From: Bacillota bacterium
GTDB taxonomy: Bacteria; Bacillota; Dethiobacteria; DTU022; UBA8154
Direction: 5' to 3'
Assembly: GCA_030656575.1 (NCBI GenBank)
Contig: JAUSPO010000030.1
Location: forward strand, 63,298-127,297
DNA: 64,000 bases
How positions within the stretch are numbered: position 1 is the first letter of the stretch; each line of letters opens with the position of its first letter. Under the pieces are notes generated by a model. It worked only from the letters and a program-made list of their open reading frames with translations, was not told the origin of the DNA and searched no databases. Position numbers and translations under genes: made by a program. Positions 20,184 to 30,233 of this stretch are shown here, in pieces.

Positions 20184-22247
20184 TTACTTTTTCCAGTAGA
20201 TTTGAATAAGATCATTATTGTTTAGTTTTGCCGTGAGTGAGGCAGGTTGATCATTATGGGTCATAATTAACTGTCCCTGAGGCCTGCTTCGATCGAAGTT
20301 GATATAATTAAAAATATCTACGAATTTAAGATCTTTGGTTTGTCTCAGGTTCAAAGTTTTATCATTGACTGTAACATTGACTACAGACATGTTGTTTATG
20401 GATTTCAGGCTCTTGTCAGAAAGCATCTTTTTTTGAGCCAGGTCTCCCTGCCGATCAGCTTTTTTTATTAGGCTGACAGTGATCCTGTCCTCAGGCTGCA
20501 GTTCGTATGTTAAAGGGCAGGTTCTTTCATTTACCTGAAAAATTATATCCCCGGGATCAAGTTCAGACATATTAAAAAAGTCCTGCAGAGTACCTAAATT
20601 ACCTAATTCAACCCTATCACCTTCTTGGACAATCATTTCAGAGTCGGCTTCTTCTCCGTTGATAAAAATGCGGAAAGAAACATGAGTGAGTTCACCGTTA
20701 AAGTAAATAGAGCAGCCTTGAGAAGGTAATAACTCTTTAACTTTAACAAGCGGCGAAAGCCCTTCCAGAGCTTCTATAACTTCAAGTTTATCGTTATTTT
20801 TTATAATCGTTTCCAGAGAAGCTTCTTTGCCGTTTACAAGGATACGGGCGTTTTCACCCGGAAGTCCGGGAAAAATCTTTTCTTTTCCATTGAGAATAAA
20901 TTTGAGACCTGCTCCCCGGTGTCCAAGCAGTTTTTTGGAGTTAAAGCCTGCTGTTATAAGTGCATTGCCAACCTTGAGATTCTCCGTATCCAGAAGTCGG
21001 ACTACCTTTCCATTAACAGTTAGATAGGAAAATCCGAAATATTCTTTTTGTAAGGCTGAAACAGCAATGCCGAATGGTGTAATGAATTCGGGACCGTTTA
21101 ATTTCTTGCCCGTATAGATCACCTGGCTAATGAACTCCCTGCCTCGTATGGCTACCATTTCAGGGGATAATTGGAGTTGTTCAGCCAATTTTTTTCGTAA
21201 AAAAGGTGTATAACTGCCCCCTCCGATGCAGAATACCGCCCGGGTTGGGCCCTTGTTGTATTCTTTAATTACTGAGGCAATTTCGGAAGCTATTTTTTCC
21301 ACCGCTGGTTCGATTACTTTTAAAATTTCTTCTTCCCTTATAGTATGGCTGTTCCCTATAATATCCTTAAAGGATATATTTCCTTTCTTCTGAGAAAGCA
21401 TCAGCTTAACATTTTCCGCAGTATTAAAGTCCAATAGAAAAGTCTCTGCGATCTGTTCGGTTACTTCATCCCCTGCCAGAGGAACCATGGCGTATCCCAC
21501 TACAGAACCTTTATGAGTGATAGCTATATCTGAGGTTCCTGCTCCTACATCTACAAGAGCAAGATTTAAGGAACGGTACTCCAGTGGAATGGTGACGTTC
21601 AGGGCGGCAATGGGTTCCAGGGTCAGGTTGCTGACACTCAGCCCCAACTCTTCCACAACAGTTAAGAGGCTGTCAACGACTACCTGTGGAAGAAAAGTGG
21701 CCAGCACCTCTATCCCCATTTTCCTTCCTTTCTGGCCAATTAAACTTGAAATAGGGTAGTCATCAAGGTAGTAGGCTGCAGTAGTAAAACCGACGCAGTA
21801 ATAAGCGTCTGCCGAATCAATTTCATCCTCAATGACCAAGATCTCCTGCGCTTTTTCAACGGCTTCCAGTTCTAATGAAGAAATCTCTTCTTTTTTGGTT
21901 TTCCTGCCCGGCTCAATTTCCCTTTCTGCAAGAGAACGGCAGGTTTTCAGAGCCCTTCCCGCTGCAGCAATAGCAACACTCTTCAAAGAAACACCTAATT
22001 TCTTTTCAAGAGCTTCTTTTACGTTCCTGGCAGTATTCACAACCCCTTCAATATTATGGATCTGCCCGTCAAACATATCTCTCCGGGGATGGTAGGCAAT
22101 CTCCGATTCCAATACTTTTATTTTGTTGTTTTCCGGATAACAAACAAGACCCACAATACTCCGGGTACCTATATCCATAGCAAAGATTAAACGGTTGGGA
22201 TCAAGCACAATGCTTCTTTTCGACAATTTAAGACACCTCGCACTCAA
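20184..22247 (-). CDS. FtsA/PilM-like actin-fold ATPase with a roughly 250-aa C-terminal extension of unknown function
   Basis: DIGTRSIVGLV (phosphate 1), ALVDVGAGTSDIAIT (phosphate 2) and CIGGGS (adenosine motif). The C-terminal third has no recognised domain. Confidence 0.45.
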   Translation of the reverse strand: MSARCLKLSKRSIVLDPNRLIFAMDIGTRSIVGLVCYPENNKIKVLESEIAYHPRRDMFDGQIHNIEGVVNTARNVKEALEKKLGVSLKSVAIAAAGRALKTCRSLAEREIEPGRKTKKEEISSLELEAVEKAQEILVIEDEIDSADAYYCVGFTTAAYYLDDYPISSLIGQKGRKMGIEVLATFLPQVVVDSLLTVVEELGLSVSNLTLEPIAALNVTIPLEYRSLNLALVDVGAGTSDIAITHKGSVVGYAMVPLAGDEVTEQIAETFLLDFNTAENVKLMLSQKKGNISFKDIIGNSHTIREEEILKVIEPAVEKIASEIASVIKEYNKGPTRAVFCIGGGSYTPFLRKKLAEQLQLSPEMVAIRGREFISQVIYTGKKLNGPEFITPFGIAVSALQKEYFGFSYLTVNGKVVRLLDTENLKVGNALITAGFNSKKLLGHRGAGLKFILNGKEKIFPGLPGENARILVNGKEASLETIIKNNDKLEVIEALEGLSPLVKVKELLPSQGCSIYFNGELTHVSFRIFINGEEADSEMIVQEGDRVELGNLGTLQDFFNMSELDPGDIIFQVNERTCPLTYELQPEDRITVSLIKKADRQGDLAQKKMLSDKSLKSINNMSVVNVTVNDKTLNLRQTKDLKFVDIFNYINFDRSRPQGQLIMTHNDQPASLTAKLNNNDLIQIYWKK

Positions 22248-22718
22248 ATGTTATGCAAAAAGAAAGAAATTTTTTCCTTATTAAATATATTTATTTCAAT
22301 CTTTTCTTTCAATTTCCTGCAAAAAAAATAATTTGTTTGTGACAAGTGGGAAGAGGAAACCAATGAGTAGTAAAATGGGACAGGGGGACAGTTTTATCTT
22401 ACCCCCGTCAAGTAGACATTAATAAAAAAGAGGCTAGGCAATCTTGATTCTGTATTCTATAGGGCTGAGGTTGTCTAATTTTTGCTGAGAGCGAGACCAC
22501 AAAAAGGCAAGTTATTTCCACCCTGGGACAATTGACCTGTCCCTCCGTCCCACCTCCGTCCCAAAGCTTAACGGGATCCCACGTTATGGTATATTTGCCT
22601 TAAATATTTGTTTATGGTATATTTAAGTTTGGTATGGCAATCGTGTAGTATCTCCAGTTATCTTCTTGAAACCAGTGCAATGGTATTACCTAAAATAAAG
22701 GAGGGGCCCTCCGGAGTT

Positions 22719-24692
22719 ATGTCGAAGAAAACGTTTTATATCACTACACCCATTTACTATCCAAGCGATAAGCTTCATGTGGGGCATTCTTATACGACTG
22801 TCGCCGCCGATGCCATCGCGAGATTTAAAAGGCTTACCGGTTATGATGTATGGTTCCTGACCGGCACCGACGAGCATGGGCAGAAAATACAGCGCAGCGC
22901 GGAGGGCGCAGGGAAAGATCCTCAGCTTTTTGTTGATGAGATCGTTGCGTGGATCAAGGAACTATGGTCCGCTCTTGATATCTCCTATAGTGATTTTATC
23001 AGGACTACAGATTCCCGTCACAAAAAAACGGTCCAGTACATTTTTAAGAGGCTTTTTGAACAGGGGGATATTTACAAGGGGCAATACGAGGGTTGGTACT
23101 GTACGCCCTGTGAATCTTTCTGGGCTGCCAGGCAGGTAGAAGAAGGGAACTGCCCAGACTGCGGCAGGCCTGTGGAGTTGGTGAAAGAAGAGGGTTATTT
23201 TTTTCGCATGGGAAAATATTCCGGGCGTCTCCTGGATTACATAAATTCAAACCCCGAATTTATTCAGCCTCCTTCACGCAAAAACGAAATGATCAATAAT
23301 TTTCTGCAGCCAGGGCTTGAGGATCTTTGCGTTTCCCGCAACACTTTTGATTGGGGTGTTCCTGTCCCATTTGCACCGGGAAATGTAATCTACGTCTGGC
23401 TTGACGCTCTGAGTAATTATATTACCGCTCTTGGTTATTCCACAGATGATGAGACTCTCTTTAATAAGTATTGGCCTGCCGATGTTCATCTTATGGCTAA
23501 GGAAATTGTCCGTTTTCATACCATTTACTGGCCTATTTTTCTAATGGCACTGGACCTTCCCCTGCCTAAACAGATTTTTGGCCATGGCTGGCTGATCATG
23601 AAGGAAGGTAAAATGTCCAAATCAAGGGGTAATGTTGTTGATCCCATGGTTCTTCTTCAGCGCTATGGATCGGACAGCCTGCGTTATTATCTCTTAAGGG
23701 AGATTTCCTTTGGGGCTGACGGGGTTTTTACCAATGAGTCTATGCTGCAGCGGATAAATTCGGATCTGGCTAATGACTTGGGTAATCTTCTGAGCCGTAC
23801 GCTAACAATGGTGGAGCGTTTTTTCTCTGGAGTTATTCCGGCTCCGGCAGGGGATGAGCTTCAAAGTGATAAGGAACTCCGTGAATTGGCTCTATCCACA
23901 CCTTCGCATATAACTGAGCTAATGGACAAACTTCAGCTGAACAGCGCCCTGGAAGTCCTCTGGACACTGGTGAGGCGTTCTAACAAATATATTGACGAAA
24001 ACACACCCTGGCTGTTGGCCAAAAGGGAAGAGGATAAAGAGAGACTGGGTACAGTTCTCTACAATTTATGCGAATCCATACGTTTTATAAGTGTTCTTCT
24101 TTTGCCTTATATGCCGCGCACTCCGATGCGTATCTGGTCCCAGCTGGGGATAGAAGACCTTTCCCGGTTACACGGGTGGGAAAGCCTGGAGAAGTGGGGT
24201 TCTATGCCGACCGGTGTCAAAGCGCAGCGTACTGATGACCTTTTCCCCAGACTGGACATTGAGATGGAGATGGAGTCTTTGTTAGAGGGGAAAGGAAGCG
24301 AACTGAAAAAAAAGATAAAGATTAAGGAGCAGAGCCCTGTGGAAGAAAAAACAGAAGTCAAAACAGAGCTGATCTCCATAGACGAATTTGCCAGGGTAGA
24401 GATCAGGGTTGGGGAGATTCTCACTGCAGAACCGGTTCCTAAAACCGATAAACTTCTTAAACTCCTTGTAAACCTGGGAGAAGAGCAAAGACAGGTAGTG
24501 GCAGGTATGGCTCCATATTATTCCCCTGAAGAAATTACCGGGAAAAAAGTTTTGTTTGTTTCAAATTTAAAGCCGGTAAAAATTCGCGGACTGCTGTCAG
24601 AAGGGATGGTTCTTGCAGCAACAAGTCCCGATGGCAGGGTATTGCTTACAGCTGTTGATGGTGATATTCCACCGGGAAGTAAAATTTCATGA
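22719..24692 (+). CDS. metG: methionyl-tRNA synthetase
   Basis: HVGHSYTT (HIGH) and KMSKS, a Cys4 knuckle (CTPCESF...CPDCGRP), and a C-terminal EMAP/tRNA-binding domain. The start is reassigned to the ATG at 22719 behind RBS AAGGAGG; the track ORF begins upstream at 22608. Confidence 0.95.
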   Translation: MSKKTFYITTPIYYPSDKLHVGHSYTTVAADAIARFKRLTGYDVWFLTGTDEHGQKIQRSAEGAGKDPQLFVDEIVAWIKELWSALDISYSDFIRTTDSRHKKTVQYIFKRLFEQGDIYKGQYEGWYCTPCESFWAARQVEEGNCPDCGRPVELVKEEGYFFRMGKYSGRLLDYINSNPEFIQPPSRKNEMINNFLQPGLEDLCVSRNTFDWGVPVPFAPGNVIYVWLDALSNYITALGYSTDDETLFNKYWPADVHLMAKEIVRFHTIYWPIFLMALDLPLPKQIFGHGWLIMKEGKMSKSRGNVVDPMVLLQRYGSDSLRYYLLREISFGADGVFTNESMLQRINSDLANDLGNLLSRTLTMVERFFSGVIPAPAGDELQSDKELRELALSTPSHITELMDKLQLNSALEVLWTLVRRSNKYIDENTPWLLAKREEDKERLGTVLYNLCESIRFISVLLLPYMPRTPMRIWSQLGIEDLSRLHGWESLEKWGSMPTGVKAQRTDDLFPRLDIEMEMESLLEGKGSELKKKIKIKEQSPVEEKTEVKTELISIDEFARVEIRVGEILTAEPVPKTDKLLKLLVNLGEEQRQVVAGMAPYYSPEEITGKKVLFVSNLKPVKIRGLLSEGMVLAATSPDGRVLLTAVDGDIPPGSKIS

Positions 24693-25480
24693 CAGAAATT
24701 AACACATTCCCTTATCTGGTTGATAGCCATGCCCATCTTGATTTTCGTGATTTTGACAGGGACAGGGATGAAGTTATAGAAAGAGCAGAAAAGATGGGGC
24801 TAAAGCTGATCATAAATATCGGCTTTGATCTGGAATCTTCGCAAAAATCTCTTGCTCTTGCTCATAAATATCCCCCGGTTTATGCCGCAGTGGGAATACA
24901 CCCCCATGATGCCGCCAAAGCTCCTGCCGATTATTTGCGCAGGCTGGAAGAGATGTCGCAGCACCCCAAGGTTGTAGCCATAGGAGAGATGGGCCTGGAT
25001 TTTTACCGGGATCGCTCTCCCCGCAATCTTCAAAAGGATGTTTTCCGCCGGCAATTAAAACTGGCGCAAAAAGTTAACCTTCCTGTTGTAATTCATGACC
25101 GCGATGCTCACGAGGAAGTAATGGCAATTCTAGAGAAAGAGGGTTTGCCTGATCCTGGTGGAGTGATGCACTGTTTTTCTGGCGATCTTGCCCTGGCCCG
25201 GAAAGCATTAAAAATGGGTTTTTATATCTCTATTGCCGGTCCCGTAACATACCCGAAGAACAATAAGTTAAGTCAGGTTGCAGCAGCAATCCCTGAAGAC
25301 AGGCTCTTAATAGAAACAGATGCTCCTTTTTTAACACCCAACCCTTTCCGGGGAAAACGGAACGAACCATCTTATGTAGCATATACTGCAGAAAAGGTAG
25401 CAGCTCTAAGAGGCATTACAGGTGATATAATTGGGAGCCTTTGTCTGGAGAATGCCAAGCGATTATTTTCCATAGAATAA
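24689..25480 (+). CDS. tatD: TatD-family metal-dependent DNase
   Basis: VDSHAHLDF and HCFSG motifs; synteny (yabD). Confidence 0.9.
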   Translation: MTEINTFPYLVDSHAHLDFRDFDRDRDEVIERAEKMGLKLIINIGFDLESSQKSLALAHKYPPVYAAVGIHPHDAAKAPADYLRRLEEMSQHPKVVAIGEMGLDFYRDRSPRNLQKDVFRRQLKLAQKVNLPVVIHDRDAHEEVMAILEKEGLPDPGGVMHCFSGDLALARKALKMGFYISIAGPVTYPKNNKLSQVAAAIPEDRLLIETDAPFLTPNPFRGKRNEPSYVAYTAEKVAALRGITGDIIGSLCLENAKRLFSIE

Positions 25481-25516
25481 CTTAAAGGGGAAATATTTCG
25501 CTGGAGGTAATCACTC

Positions 25517-26545
25517 ATGTTCATGCAGAAAAAATTGTTACCAAAACGAATGCTTTATATAAGTTACTATCTTTTATTCTGCATTTTTGCCTTAAGCATC
25601 GCAACCTATTGTTACATGCTTTCTTTTGCCATGGAAATAACAATAAATGATGATGGAGATATATATTTGGTGGAATCGAAAGCGGTTTATGTGGCAGATT
25701 TGCTTGAGGAGCAGGGGATAGAAATAAGGCCGTTTGACAGGCTTTCACAATCTTTGGGAGACCCACTGGAAGAAGATATGCATATTTACATCAAGAGGGC
25801 TTTTCCCGTTGTAATAAAAACAGAACAGGGAAGCTTTGAGCATTATACCCATGCTGTCACTGTATGGGAGACTTTAAAAGAACTCGATTTTCTGCTGGCA
25901 GGCGGTTTTTCTGTTACTCCGGAATTGAACGAGCCCATCTCTCCGGGAGAAAATATTTCTATCTTACAGCATCTAACAGTTATGGAGGTCAGTTTGGAGG
26001 ATATTCCCTTTGCTGTTGAAAAAACAGAAGATCCAAATCTCTTAAAAGGAAAAATAACTACTCTCCAGGAAGGGACAGCAGGGCGCAGGGAACTTACTTT
26101 CAAAGTTGTTTATGCCGGCGATGAAGAACTATCCCGTGAGTTTATAGGCGAGTGTGTCATTGAAGAGCCGGTCAATTCTATTGTAGCCCTGGGGACAAAA
26201 GTTTCACCGTCTCCTTCTCCTCTGGTTATTGCTTCACGGGGAGAGAGCAATGAAGGAATTGCTTCATGGTATGGTGAGCAGTTCCATGGCAAAAAGACTA
26301 CAAGCGGAGAAGTATTTAACCAGAATGAATTCACTGCTGCTCACCGGAATCTGCCTTTTAACACTTATGTAAATGTTACCTTTTTAAAAACAGGCAAAAG
26401 CGTACTGGTCCGCATTAATGACCGGGGACCGGGCAGTAGAGACAGAATTATCGATCTTTCAAGGGCTGCAGCAGAAGCAATAGGCTTAAGGCCTCACGGA
26501 ATAGGGAAAGTGAGAATTGAAGTAGTGGATGTTAAGAAGAATTAA
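25517..26545 (+). CDS. YabE-like envelope protein with an RlpA-like double-psi beta-barrel C-terminal domain
   Basis: N-terminal TM segment and a DUF348-like region. The C-terminus ASWYGEQFHGKKTTSGEVF...VLVRINDRGP is RlpA/DPBB-like. Confidence 0.6.
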   Translation: MFMQKKLLPKRMLYISYYLLFCIFALSIATYCYMLSFAMEITINDDGDIYLVESKAVYVADLLEEQGIEIRPFDRLSQSLGDPLEEDMHIYIKRAFPVVIKTEQGSFEHYTHAVTVWETLKELDFLLAGGFSVTPELNEPISPGENISILQHLTVMEVSLEDIPFAVEKTEDPNLLKGKITTLQEGTAGRRELTFKVVYAGDEELSREFIGECVIEEPVNSIVALGTKVSPSPSPLVIASRGESNEGIASWYGEQFHGKKTTSGEVFNQNEFTAAHRNLPFNTYVNVTFLKTGKSVLVRINDRGPGSRDRIIDLSRAAAEAIGLRPHGIGKVRIEVVDVKKN

Positions 26546-26730
26546 GGTTTCGTAAAAATCCTTTAGATAATAACAGGGCATCCGTTTATAAGGGTGTTTT
26601 TTTTATGTACGGAAAAACCCCCTCTTTTTGCGCCTGTATAAAACTAGCCTGTCCTGTCAATAATAAGAATTATTGCGTTTAGAGAATGGCTAATTAAAAA
26701 TAAGGCGCAAATATTTATGGAGGGAGACTT

Positions 26731-27840
26731 ATGGACGAGAACGGTTCTGTTCCTTTATGTACGGAGGGGAATGAGGAGAGAAATAAATGGAAATGGAAGG
26801 ACAATAAGCGAAAAATTGTAAAAATTGCAAGTTTTGTGCTATTCACTGCCCTTGTGGTTTTCGCTTTTTATATGCAGCATTATAAGATGTTCGTAGTATT
26901 GGAAGGAAATGAAAAGAAGCAGTATTATACTTTTACTGAAACAGTAGGTGATTTTTTAGATGAGAAGGGCCTGAAAGCCGGTGATTACGATCAAGTAGTT
27001 CCCGGCAGAGACGAACCAATTCAAAGCGGGGATACAATTTCCATCAAAAAAGCAATACCCGTTACGCTGATCGTTGACAGGGATGTTAGGGAAACCTTTT
27101 CCACGGCAGTTGAGGATTTATTAAAGGAGAATTCATTGGAGTTGACAGAAGAAGACACAGTATCCCCTGCACTAAACCATATTCTGAGTCCAGGGGATCA
27201 GATAAAGGTCGCCCGGGTAATTAAAGAGATTGAAAGGGAGAAGGTATTCATACCATATAGCACTGTGAGAGTTTATAATCCTTATCTGGACCGAGGCATT
27301 GTCAAGGCAATCGAAGAAGGGTCAGAGGGTATAAAAGAAATTGTCAACGAAATTGTTAAAAGAGACGGCCTGGAAATTTCCAGAACAGCTGTTTCAACTG
27401 AGGTAGTTGAACAGCCTGTGAACAGAGTATTGGAATACGGCGAGAATACTTTTTTCTCACGTGGTGATCGGAACTATATCTTCGAGACAGTATTATATGT
27501 TTCTGCCACAGCATATTGCGCAGGGACCCCAGGGTCCGGATGTCCCGTGGATCACAGGGGCGCTTCCCATTGTACAGGGTTAAATAATGACGGCTATACC
27601 TATACAGGGATAAAAGCAGTGGCCGGGGATGGAAGTCTCACGTACCCCCATATTTTAGCAGTGGATCCTTCTGTTATACCCCTAAAGACTCTTGTCTATA
27701 TTGACGGTTATGGTTTTGCCCGGGCTGAAGATACAGGTAGTGCAATTAAGGAAAACAGCATTGATCTTCTTTTTGACCAGCATCATGATGCCTATATGTT
27801 TGGACGCAAACAATTAAAAGTGTACATACTCACAGAATAG
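26731..27840 (+). CDS. YabE-like protein (DUF348, G5, C-terminal 3D domain)
   Basis: TM segment, DUF348-like repeats, and a C-terminal 3D-domain pattern (ATAYCAG...HRGA...VAVDPSVIPLKTLVYI). Confidence 0.65.
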   Translation: MDENGSVPLCTEGNEERNKWKWKDNKRKIVKIASFVLFTALVVFAFYMQHYKMFVVLEGNEKKQYYTFTETVGDFLDEKGLKAGDYDQVVPGRDEPIQSGDTISIKKAIPVTLIVDRDVRETFSTAVEDLLKENSLELTEEDTVSPALNHILSPGDQIKVARVIKEIEREKVFIPYSTVRVYNPYLDRGIVKAIEEGSEGIKEIVNEIVKRDGLEISRTAVSTEVVEQPVNRVLEYGENTFFSRGDRNYIFETVLYVSATAYCAGTPGSGCPVDHRGASHCTGLNNDGYTYTGIKAVAGDGSLTYPHILAVDPSVIPLKTLVYIDGYGFARAEDTGSAIKENSIDLLFDQHHDAYMFGRKQLKVYILTE

Positions 27841-27905
27841 GCTATATCTGCATATTTATTGCATATTTATTGCATATTTACGTTACATATTACGTTACAT
27901 ATTTA
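27841..27905. repeat. short tandem direct repeats upstream of csp: (gcatatttatt)x3 and (acgttacatatt)x2
   Basis: Direct read. Confidence 0.7.
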
Positions 27906-28003
27906 TTGAATAATTTTAATTGACAAACTAAATATAATGTGGTACAGTAATTTTTGCGAATCCCAACCTCGCATATTCAAATTTTTAGGGGGTATGTAAT
28001 TTT

Positions 28004-28201
28004 TTGTTGGGTAAGGTAAAATGGTTTAACAAAGAAAAGGGTTATGGGTTTATCGAAAGAGAGGATGGAGAAGATGTCTTCGTCCACTACTCTGCCATTC
28101 AGGAAGAAGGTTTTAAAAGCCTGAGCGAAGGGCAGGATGTTGAGTTTGATATCGTTGAAGGAAGTAGAGGTCCTCAGGCGGCTAATGTAGTTAAAGCATA
28201 G
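28004..28201 (+). CDS. csp: cold-shock protein, CspA family
   Basis: [14 protein letters not shown] (RNP1) and VFVHYSAI (RNP2). Confidence 0.9.
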   Translation: MLGKVKWFNKEKGYGFIEREDGEDVFVHYSAIQEEGFKSLSEGQDVEFDIVEGSRGPQAANVVKA

Positions 28202-28265
28202 TATAAGCGCAATTATAACTACTGAATTCTGAATGCTTGATTTAATACCTAACCTCGGGAGTATG

Positions 28266-28294
28266 AAGAGGGGCGATTAATGTCCCTCTTTTTA
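28266..28294 (+). terminator. rho-independent terminator after csp
   Basis: aagaggggc-gattaat-gtccctctt followed by tttt. Confidence 0.5.
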
Positions 28295-28397
28295 CTATTT
28301 ATCTTTGTTAAGCTGAAGGGTTTTTCTACTTAATATGGAATATGATAATATTACTAGAACAATGTGTTAAGTTAAGTTTGGAAAGGGGAATGCTCTA

Positions 28398-28937
28398 ATG
28401 CAGATTAATATTCGGGGTAAAAATCTTGAAATTACTCCGGCACTACAGGACTACGTGGGAAAACGGCTGAGTAAACTGGAAAAATACTTGGATGATGCTC
28501 ATACAGATGCACAGGTTACTCTTAGTGTAGCTAAGGAAAACCACATTGTGGATGCTACAATTTCTATTGGTGGTTTATTGCTGCGGGGTGAGGAATCTAC
28601 CCAGGACATGTATGCTTCGATCGATTTAGTTGTTGATAAACTTGAGCGTCAGATGCATAAGTATAAGACCAGGATTAACCGTAAGCTTAGACAAACCGGG
28701 CTTAAGGAACTTAATGAACAATACATAAACAAGAAGCGGGAAGAAGAGGAAAAGGATCCCATTATTGTAAGGACAAAACGTTTTGTTATGAAACCAATGC
28801 CAGTGGAAGAGGCTCTGCTGCAATTAAACCTCCTCGGACATGATTTCTTTGTTTTCACCAATGCTGAATCAGAAGAAATTAACGTCCTTTACAAGCGGAA
28901 AGATGGTAATTACGGCCTCATTGGCCCCATGGAATAG
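28398..28937 (+). CDS. hpf: ribosome hibernation-promoting factor, long form
   Basis: MQINIRGKNLEITPALQDYV, 179 aa. Confidence 0.9.
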   Translation: MQINIRGKNLEITPALQDYVGKRLSKLEKYLDDAHTDAQVTLSVAKENHIVDATISIGGLLLRGEESTQDMYASIDLVVDKLERQMHKYKTRINRKLRQTGLKELNEQYINKKREEEEKDPIIVRTKRFVMKPMPVEEALLQLNLLGHDFFVFTNAESEEINVLYKRKDGNYGLIGPME

Positions 28938-28970
28938 GGTGCAGCCTAAAGTACATTAATGACTTCTGTA

Positions 28971-28993
28971 TGCCGGCGGAATGCCGGTTTTTT
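28971..28993 (+). terminator. rho-independent terminator after hpf
   Basis: gccggc-ggaat-gccgg followed by tttttt. Confidence 0.45.
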
Positions 28994-29050
28994 ACTCATA
29001 AATATTATAGAACCCGGCGATGCTTTTTTTGCAGAAGGATGTGAAAAAAA

Positions 29051-30172
29051 GTGAAGGATAAGGTAAGTGTTGTTCTTTTTGAGGGAGGAGAACCGCTCAG
29101 CGAAATTGAAAAAGAACTTGTAGCTGTCCGTCAAGCTGTTTTGCTGGACAATATTATGAAGATGCAGCAAATACCTGAAGTTGGCGGTATTTATCTTCTT
29201 ACAAATTACCCTTTGTTAGCCGAAGAAGCAGCTGAGATGGGGGTTACAATCTGGAAAAACGAGATTCCAGAGGAAAAGTTTCATTTTGGCAATGAGCTTT
29301 CTAATCTAATTAACAGGGAAAAGTTGGAAAACATTTTCTATATGGGTGGGGCAAGTATTCCCCTTGTGACGGTTAGTGAGCTTCAGGAAATATGCCTTCT
29401 GCTGTTGAATTCTGAGTCCATTATCTATGCTAACAATGCTCAGTCGGCGGATATTATTGCCTTTACTCCAGGCAGCCTGATCAATCAGATTGAACCTCCT
29501 AAAATGGATAATATTTTAGGCATGACCTTACGGGACAGCACCGGTGTTCAGCAGAAGCTTTTTAAAAATACGGCAGGTTTATTGTTCGACCTGGATACTC
29601 CGGCAGATTTGCTTGTTTTGGCCGGCAGTCCATTTACAGGTCTTAGGGCGCGCCGTGTTTTAGATGGCCTGCAGCTTGATCTCTCCCGTTTGGACAAGGC
29701 CAAGGAAGTTCTTCGGGGAGATTACGAAGAAGCATTAATTTTAGGACGGGTGGGCGCACCGGTTATTGCCCGCATTAATCAAAATTTAAAACTGAGGCTG
29801 CGCATTTTTTCAGAAGAAAGAGGAATGAAGGCCCTTGGCAGGGAAGAAAGCGGCGAAGCAATTTCTCTGATGGGGTTTTTTCTCGAAGAAGTTGGCTTAA
29901 ACAAGTTTATTAAGTATCTTGAGAGGGTGGCCCAATGCGCCTTTTTGGATACGAGAGTACTTATGATACATTTGGGTCAAAGGCTCTCAGCCGAGGAACG
30001 TTTCCTTTCGGACCTCGGCCGCTGGCAGGAAATGAAGAACCCTGTTATGAGGGAGTTTACCAGGGCAGTCGTAGAATCAGAGATACCTATTCTCTGTGGA
30101 GGTCACTCCCTTGTCCTCGGGGGATTATGGGCTCTTGTGGACGAGATAGGCCCTACACATGATCACTGGTAA
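29051..30172 (+). CDS. hypothetical protein of unknown function, immediately upstream of and overlapping hisD
   Basis: 373 aa with no recognised motif. The stop overlaps the hisD region, so co-transcription is likely. Confidence 0.5.
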   Translation: MKDKVSVVLFEGGEPLSEIEKELVAVRQAVLLDNIMKMQQIPEVGGIYLLTNYPLLAEEAAEMGVTIWKNEIPEEKFHFGNELSNLINREKLENIFYMGGASIPLVTVSELQEICLLLLNSESIIYANNAQSADIIAFTPGSLINQIEPPKMDNILGMTLRDSTGVQQKLFKNTAGLLFDLDTPADLLVLAGSPFTGLRARRVLDGLQLDLSRLDKAKEVLRGDYEEALILGRVGAPVIARINQNLKLRLRIFSEERGMKALGREESGEAISLMGFFLEEVGLNKFIKYLERVAQCAFLDTRVLMIHLGQRLSAEERFLSDLGRWQEMKNPVMREFTRAVVESEIPILCGGHSLVLGGLWALVDEIGPTHDHW

Positions 30173-30233
30173 GTTAGATTTTAATTTTCGGGGTATTTCC
30201 AGTTACCCCCTGGGAAGGAGGTTACTGTTAATC

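Noticed and set aside
22380-22600. T-box leader upstream of metG
   Set aside because: No AGGGTGGNACCGCG core or specifier-loop architecture was found on the plus strand. GGGTGG occurs only on the opposite strand.
22608-22718. Upstream extension of metG (track start 22608) and of ilvC (track start 47956)
   Set aside because: The extensions lack similarity to MetRS or KARI N-termini. The ATGs at 22719 and 48187 give the conserved N-termini, and 22719 has a good RBS.
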